Origin: Verrucomicrobiia bacterium | Lineage (GTDB): Bacteria > Verrucomicrobiota > Verrucomicrobiia > Limisphaerales > UBA1319 | NCBI GenBank assembly: GCA_963664225.1 | Contig: OY760937.1 | Location: forward strand, 2,016,001-2,080,000 | Direction of reading: 5' to 3' | Length of the DNA: 64,000 nucleotides | Shown: piece after piece, positions 59,468 to 64,000 of the stretch | How the letters are laid out: each line of letters opens with the position of its first letter | Position numbering within the stretch: position 1 is the first letter of the stretch | Translations under genes and position numbers: made by a program | The notes under the pieces: model-generated | Seen by the model: only the letters and a program-made list of their open reading frames with translations | Told to the model about the DNA's origin: nothing | The model's database searches: none

Positions 59468-60210
59468 CGCATGATCTTTACCTGGGGATTTTCCGACCAA
59501 TCGTTGTGCCCGCCTGTAATCGCGACGAAATGGGCGTTTGGAATCTGGCTCGCCAGGGCTTTTGCGTGGGCCATTGGAATGATCGAGTCGTCCAGCGCTC
59601 CAAAGATGTCCACCGGGCCAGAATAGTTCCTCAACGATTCCACGTTATCCCATGTGTCTTGAAGCAGGAGCCGGACGGGAAGAATGGGGAAATGTTCCGC
59701 AGCCACATTCGCCAGGGTATCGAAGGGCACCACGAGGACGATCTTGTCTGGAGGATTTTTCTCGCGGGCCAGGGCGCAGGCCGGGCCGCTGCCGATGGAC
59801 TCCGCCAGGACGCACACCGGAGTGTTCGTGTTCCGCGATCGCAAGAGTTGATAGGCTTCCGCCGCGGCCTGGTTTATCGAGTCCATGCTTGGACTGCCTT
59901 CGCGCGAGCCATACCCGGGATATTCCAGCACGTAGAGGGAGTCCTGCGCGGAGATGCGCGGCAGAACGTAATCCCGGTTCGCAGCCTGGCCGGCGTTCCC
60001 GTGCATCATCAGCCAGATCGTGCGCGGTTCCAACACCTCCCGGCAGTAACCGATCGTGCTTAAACCGTTGGTCCACGGAGTCAGCGTTGTGGCGGGTGCG
60101 GCATGCGACGGAAAATAGAGCATGGATCGTTGCCGAAAGAATACAATCGCGACAACGACCCCGTAGAGCAGCAATAGAACGACAAGAATTCTTAGCACAA
60201 GTCTAAGCAT
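59464..60210 (-). CDS. Alpha/beta hydrolase (ABHD13/Bem46-like)
   Basis: HGNAG, YPGYG, AESIG, D..IP, GGHND. Confidence 0.88.
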   Translation of the reverse strand: MLRLVLRILVVLLLLYGVVVAIVFFRQRSMLYFPSHAAPATTLTPWTNGLSTIGYCREVLEPRTIWLMMHGNAGQAANRDYVLPRISAQDSLYVLEYPGYGSREGSPSMDSINQAAAEAYQLLRSRNTNTPVCVLAESIGSGPACALAREKNPPDKIVLVVPFDTLANVAAEHFPILPVRLLLQDTWDNVESLRNYSGPVDIFGALDDSIIPMAHAKALASQIPNAHFVAITGGHNDWSENPQVKIMR

Positions 60211-60258
60211 ACGCCAAATGACCGCGGGCGTGACATGAGGTGGCTTGGGGCATGGCGA

Positions 60259-60558
60259 TCAAGCCCTATTGATTGGCTCGTAATCGAGTTCCAGGAAATC
60301 GACCACTTCGGGAATCCAACGTGTTTGAACAAATTTAACGTGGTCCGGGTGAGAGTTATAGGTTTGATAATCCTCCATGCTGGAGAACTCCATCGACAAG
60401 CCGAAATTGAAATGGTTCTTTTTACTGGTCTGCCGAAGACACTCGAAATTCCTGACGGTGGAAATGGCCGCGAGTGTCCGCGCAGCTTGCAGAAAATCGA
60501 GTTCCGCTGGCGATCCTGTAGGATGCTTGAGTTTGAAGGTGACAGTGTGGCGAATCAT
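60259..60558 (-). CDS. Dabb (stress-responsive A/B barrel) protein
   Basis: MIRHTVTFKLK...YNSHPDH..F.......LELDY. Confidence 0.9.
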   Translation of the reverse strand: MIRHTVTFKLKHPTGSPAELDFLQAARTLAAISTVRNFECLRQTSKKNHFNFGLSMEFSSMEDYQTYNSHPDHVKFVQTRWIPEVVDFLELDYEPINRA

Positions 60559-60575
60559 AGTTGTGGCACAGTGTA

Positions 60576-60890
60576 TTATTCCGGATAGATTTTGAAGGCA
60601 TGGCTGGAAAAACCGGGGCAGGACGTTGCGGCCTCAGCCGGCTTTCCCCCGCAGTGGCTGCACACAACCGTGGCCGACGCTGGAGCGCTGCGAAAAGCAT
60701 GGGAGGAAAAACCCGGACAAGTCGTGCTTGTCCCTGCCAGAATTCCGCAGTGATCACAAAAGATAATGATATCGGCTGATTTCGCCGGAACTGCCACGGG
60801 CTTTGGGACCGGTGTCTCATGGTGCGTCGTGACCTGACATCCCGTTGCGCAGACACACAACAGGCCGAATAGGAGTGATTTAATATGCAT
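60576..60890 (-). CDS. Small lipoprotein with duplicated Cys/His motif
   Basis: Lipobox-like ATGC; two CxHCG...CPGFSSHAF repeats. Confidence 0.65.
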   Translation of the reverse strand: MHIKSLLFGLLCVCATGCQVTTHHETPVPKPVAVPAKSADIIIFCDHCGILAGTSTTCPGFSSHAFRSAPASATVVCSHCGGKPAEAATSCPGFSSHAFKIYPE

Positions 60891-61217
60891 AAAACTCAAT
60901 CATTCAAACTGGGTGCTTGGATTATTCCTTTTCATCTTTGAACATAGATTCCACAATACGGCGACTCCTGACAATGAGATAACCCTGCTGACCATCCATA
61001 TCAAGGGTGATACCGGATAAAGCCAGACATCGTGTTGCAGTGCAAATCCACTGGTCGCGTCCTGTTGAATATCCCGGTCGCAACGGCCGGAATCCCGCTC
61101 ACTACATCTGGCAGTCCCAAATATTGGTTAAACATTCGCCAAAGGTTTGGCGTCATGTTTCCACGGTGGATTTCGGAGGCTTGATGACCCCAGTGATTTC
61201 TTAGGCGTTGCTCAGAA

Positions 61218-61568
61218 TCACTTCTTCTTGTGAAGCATGATGCTGTTCCCGTCAGGGTCCGATACGCAGGCGAAACGACACACTGGCGTATCAAACGGTT
61301 CGGTAACGAATGGCACCCCTTTGGCCTTGAGCTTTGCCACCGTCGCATCCAAATCGTCCACTTCAAACGCGACCATGCCGCCGCGCGCGCCGGGAGTTTC
61401 TTTTTCAAGCATGGTCGAAATGGCGAATGTGCCGCTGGCGATGTCATATTCAATCCACGCATTTTCGTAGTTCATAGATTGAACCAAGCCGAGTGCCTCC
61501 TCGTAGAATTTTATCGAACGCGCGGCGTCGCGCACCGGGTAAACAAAAAAGGCGATATTTTTGATCAT
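61218..61568 (-). CDS. VOC/glyoxalase family protein
   Basis: YPVRD..RS.KFYEE.LGL; FEVDDLD; DPDGN. Confidence 0.9.
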   Translation of the reverse strand: MIKNIAFFVYPVRDAARSIKFYEEALGLVQSMNYENAWIEYDIASGTFAISTMLEKETPGARGGMVAFEVDDLDATVAKLKAKGVPFVTEPFDTPVCRFACVSDPDGNSIMLHKKK

Positions 61569-61936
61569 GGGTTTGATTGTTGGATTTTATGATTGGTCAC
61601 GTTCACCATACATCCTCAGTTCGGGCAATTCGTGATTGCACAAGCTAATAATAGCGAAAAAGGGCACCATTATCAATCCATAATTGGGCGAATTCGCTTT
61701 TGTCGTTGAAGAAACCAAGCTGGAGGGCGTCCGCGCGTTTCATGCGACCCCAGTGCGTTCCTTGCTCCTGCAATTGGGGAGTGCTCGAATGCAGCTCCTT
61801 GTTCGAGAAATACGTGGCCACGCGAATGCCGACAATATGTAGGTCGGCTGCACAATCAAGGCTTATGTCCCGTTGGAACGATTATTCCAACAATTATAGC
61901 GGTAGCGTGCGCAACTCGCGTTATTCAAACAATATG

Positions 61937-62788
61937 TTAGGCGTTTGGTTGCATCCCCGGAGAATCATTAGTTGATGCCGAATATGGAACGGGTGGCGGA
62001 ATCACCGTTTGAGCACTGGTGACTATTGCTTCTTTGGGCATGGTCACGCGCAACGAAGTATTGGCAGCACGAGAAACCTTTTTCCGGGCTTCGTCGGCTT
62101 TGTCGCCCTCCATAACCTCACGCTTCAGAACTTCGTTAACCAGCACGGCGCGAATTTGGTCCAATTCAATGCGGACACCGGGCGTTAATCGGCGCAACTC
62201 TCGCCGGACAACCTCCAGAACTGGATCGGAGAGGACCATGGCGCCAAGAAAGAAGCGACTGAGCGCCTGTTTCTGCGTGTGGAAGTCGCCGAGTGCTGAG
62301 CGTTGCCACCCCTCTTTGCACCAGAGATATATCATCTCAAGGTCGCTATCAGATTTTGGGTTGAGTGAGGAAAAATCGATGTCCACGACAAGCTCCTGTT
62401 GTATGGGACGGGTGAAAAGCACATGATACACACACCACCGGATGCCGTTGGTCAGAAGCACCCAGTCAACACCTTGATTGGCGGCGTAATCAATGGCTTG
62501 CTTGATATGCGATTCCTTGAGGTCGATGCCAATAGCCTTGACTTCGATGAGAGTGGAAAGTTTTCCATCGAGTTTGATGGCAAGGTCGCAATAAGTGCCT
62601 CGGATGGCGTACTCAGACGTAAGTTCGGAATACTTATCGTAACCGAAGACATCTGCGAGCATATCCTTGATAATGGTTACGGTATCGGTTTCACCCACAT
62701 CTCGGGCCTTCGCGCCAGCGAGGATCGGCTGAAATAGTTTGATACCTGCGACGAGTCGCTCCGCTACTTTTTTAGGGACGTTGGCCAT
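61937..62788 (-). CDS. Standalone HsdR N-terminal-like PD-(D/E)xK nuclease
   Basis: ETDT, CDLAIK...IEVKA, QAIDYA, LTNG motifs. Confidence 0.85.
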   Translation of the reverse strand: MANVPKKVAERLVAGIKLFQPILAGAKARDVGETDTVTIIKDMLADVFGYDKYSELTSEYAIRGTYCDLAIKLDGKLSTLIEVKAIGIDLKESHIKQAIDYAANQGVDWVLLTNGIRWCVYHVLFTRPIQQELVVDIDFSSLNPKSDSDLEMIYLWCKEGWQRSALGDFHTQKQALSRFFLGAMVLSDPVLEVVRRELRRLTPGVRIELDQIRAVLVNEVLKREVMEGDKADEARKKVSRAANTSLRVTMPKEAIVTSAQTVIPPPVPYSASTNDSPGMQPNA

Positions 62789-63197
62789 GGTGACCTTTGG
62801 GGTTGGTTGTTAGATTGCTCTTTGAATTAATACACGACGTAGAGTCCAAACATAAATATTGTTCATAATTCAAACACCGGATACAAACCGGGCCTCCAGT
62901 GGAATATTCTTAAAGGGTAAATCCGCAATGTCTTATAGCGCAAGAAAATAAAAACAGGTCAAAAAGCCTTAAGGACAGCTCGATCCATTTTATGTTTGAG
63001 GGCAAGTGTTGAACAGAGAAAATGCCAAACGTGTTGTTAGGGCTAAAGAGCTAAAATGGCATTCACAATTTGACGTTAAGCCGCGTAATACAACACGTCG
63101 TTCGGTGAAGCATAATTTGCCCGGTTGCCCAGGTCAGAAAAGCCTCGTAATTGCCATCGGGAGGAGGAAGATGATCCGCCTCCAGCGTGCAATTCGT

Positions 63198-64000
63198 TTA
63201 CGCCTTCCCAGCAAACACCGCGCGGATGAACTCGTCACCCTGGAGCAGGCCGTAGCCGCCGGAGGCGCAGCTTTTCTCGTCGTAAACTTGCACCGCGTCG
63301 GGTTTCTTTCCCGGGGTGCGGATGGCAAAAGGCACGGCGTCGCGGACATGGATGCGCAGTTCCACGGGTGTGGGATGGTCAGGCAGGATGGCCACCACGG
63401 CCTCCTGTTTGCAATCTTCCAAGCCCTGAAGTATGCGGCCCACCAGGCGCGCGTCGAGGTCCTCAATGGTGCGGACTTTCAAGTTCAAATCCCCTTCGTG
63501 CCCGGCCTCGTCCGGGGCTTCGACATGGACGTAGCAGAAATCGACATGTTTGAGGGCCTCGAGACAGGCATCGGCCTTGCCTTCGTAATTGGTATTGTAG
63601 AGTCCGGTGGCCCCTTGAACTTTAACAATCTCCAACCCCGCATAAACCCCGATGCCGCGGATCAGGTCCACAGCGGAAATCACCGCGCCAGTCACACCAA
63701 ACCGGTCCTTGAAGGTCCACATGTCCGGGCGATGTCCGGGGGACCAGAGCCAGATGGAATTACCCGGATCTTTATGCGCCGCGCGACGGCGCTGGTTGAC
63801 CGGGTGGTTTTTGAGAATTTCCCAGGAACGGCGCGTCAGATCGTTGAGCAAGTCAGCGGTCGCTTTCGCCTCGGGAACTTGGGGACGGATGAGCAGGCCT
63901 TCGGCGTTTTCGCCGGGATGGTCGTGAGGCGGGGCGCATTCCAGGCGCGTATCCAGTCCTTTTGCCACGAGCAGATTGCGGTAGCTGACGCCGCTGTAAA
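63198..64000 (-). CDS. apgM: Cofactor-independent phosphoglycerate mutase (ApgM type), 5' end beyond the window
   Basis: GVSYRNLL, PPHD, SAVDLIRGIG, GATG..NTNY, HVEAPDEAGH, PDHPTP. Confidence 0.92.
   Translation of the reverse strand, partial: YSGVSYRNLLVAKGLDTRLECAPPHDHPGENAEGLLIRPQVPEAKATADLLNDLTRRSWEILKNHPVNQRRRAAHKDPGNSIWLWSPGHRPDMWTFKDRFGVTGAVISAVDLIRGIGVYAGLEIVKVQGATGLYNTNYEGKADACLEALKHVDFCYVHVEAPDEAGHEGDLNLKVRTIEDLDARLVGRILQGLEDCKQEAVVAILPDHPTPVELRIHVRDAVPFAIRTPGKKPDAVQVYDEKSCASGGYGLLQGDEFIRAVFAGKA

Noticed and set aside
61007..61204. 65-aa plus-strand ORF
   Set aside because: No recognisable family or RBS; at most a gene remnant
58524..62788. Canonical integron cassette array
   Set aside because: Genes are small and co-oriented, but there is no integrase and no complete RYYYAAC...GTTRRRY attC; two of the genes are translationally coupled

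Overview
A GC-rich bacterial chromosome segment. Gene content (ECF sigma/Ser-Thr kinase pair, PQQ-like beta-propellers, large secreted proteins with a shared ...FYRV tail, hopanoid genes) suggests Verrucomicrobiota, probably Pedosphaerales-like; this is inference. Housekeeping genes are pyrF, ppk1, a C-terminal-half-only carB, zwf, lpdA, iscS/iscU, hpnD/hpnK, a standalone coaC and apgM. Mobile DNA comprises a complete IS66 (32-bp IRs, 8-bp TSD), a complete IS1380 (12-bp IRs, TTTAA TSD) and two apparently identical 1975-nt group II introns. Top observation: the intron's EBS2+EBS1 (CUCCGA + ACCCGAA) are exactly complementary to the IS1380 terminal IR plus the adjacent T. One copy splits the IS target-site duplication, and the second sits at an orphan IR-like motif, so the intron appears to home to transposon ends. 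Other notable items: a DUF559 endonuclease embedded in an array of ~133-bp palindrome-bearing repeats with dispersed solo copies, an IscS whose PLP lysine is replaced by Arg, a split carbamoyl-phosphate synthase and an orphan HsdR-N-like nuclease. No rRNA, tRNA or CRISPR array was seen. All calls are from motif recognition by eye, without database searches.
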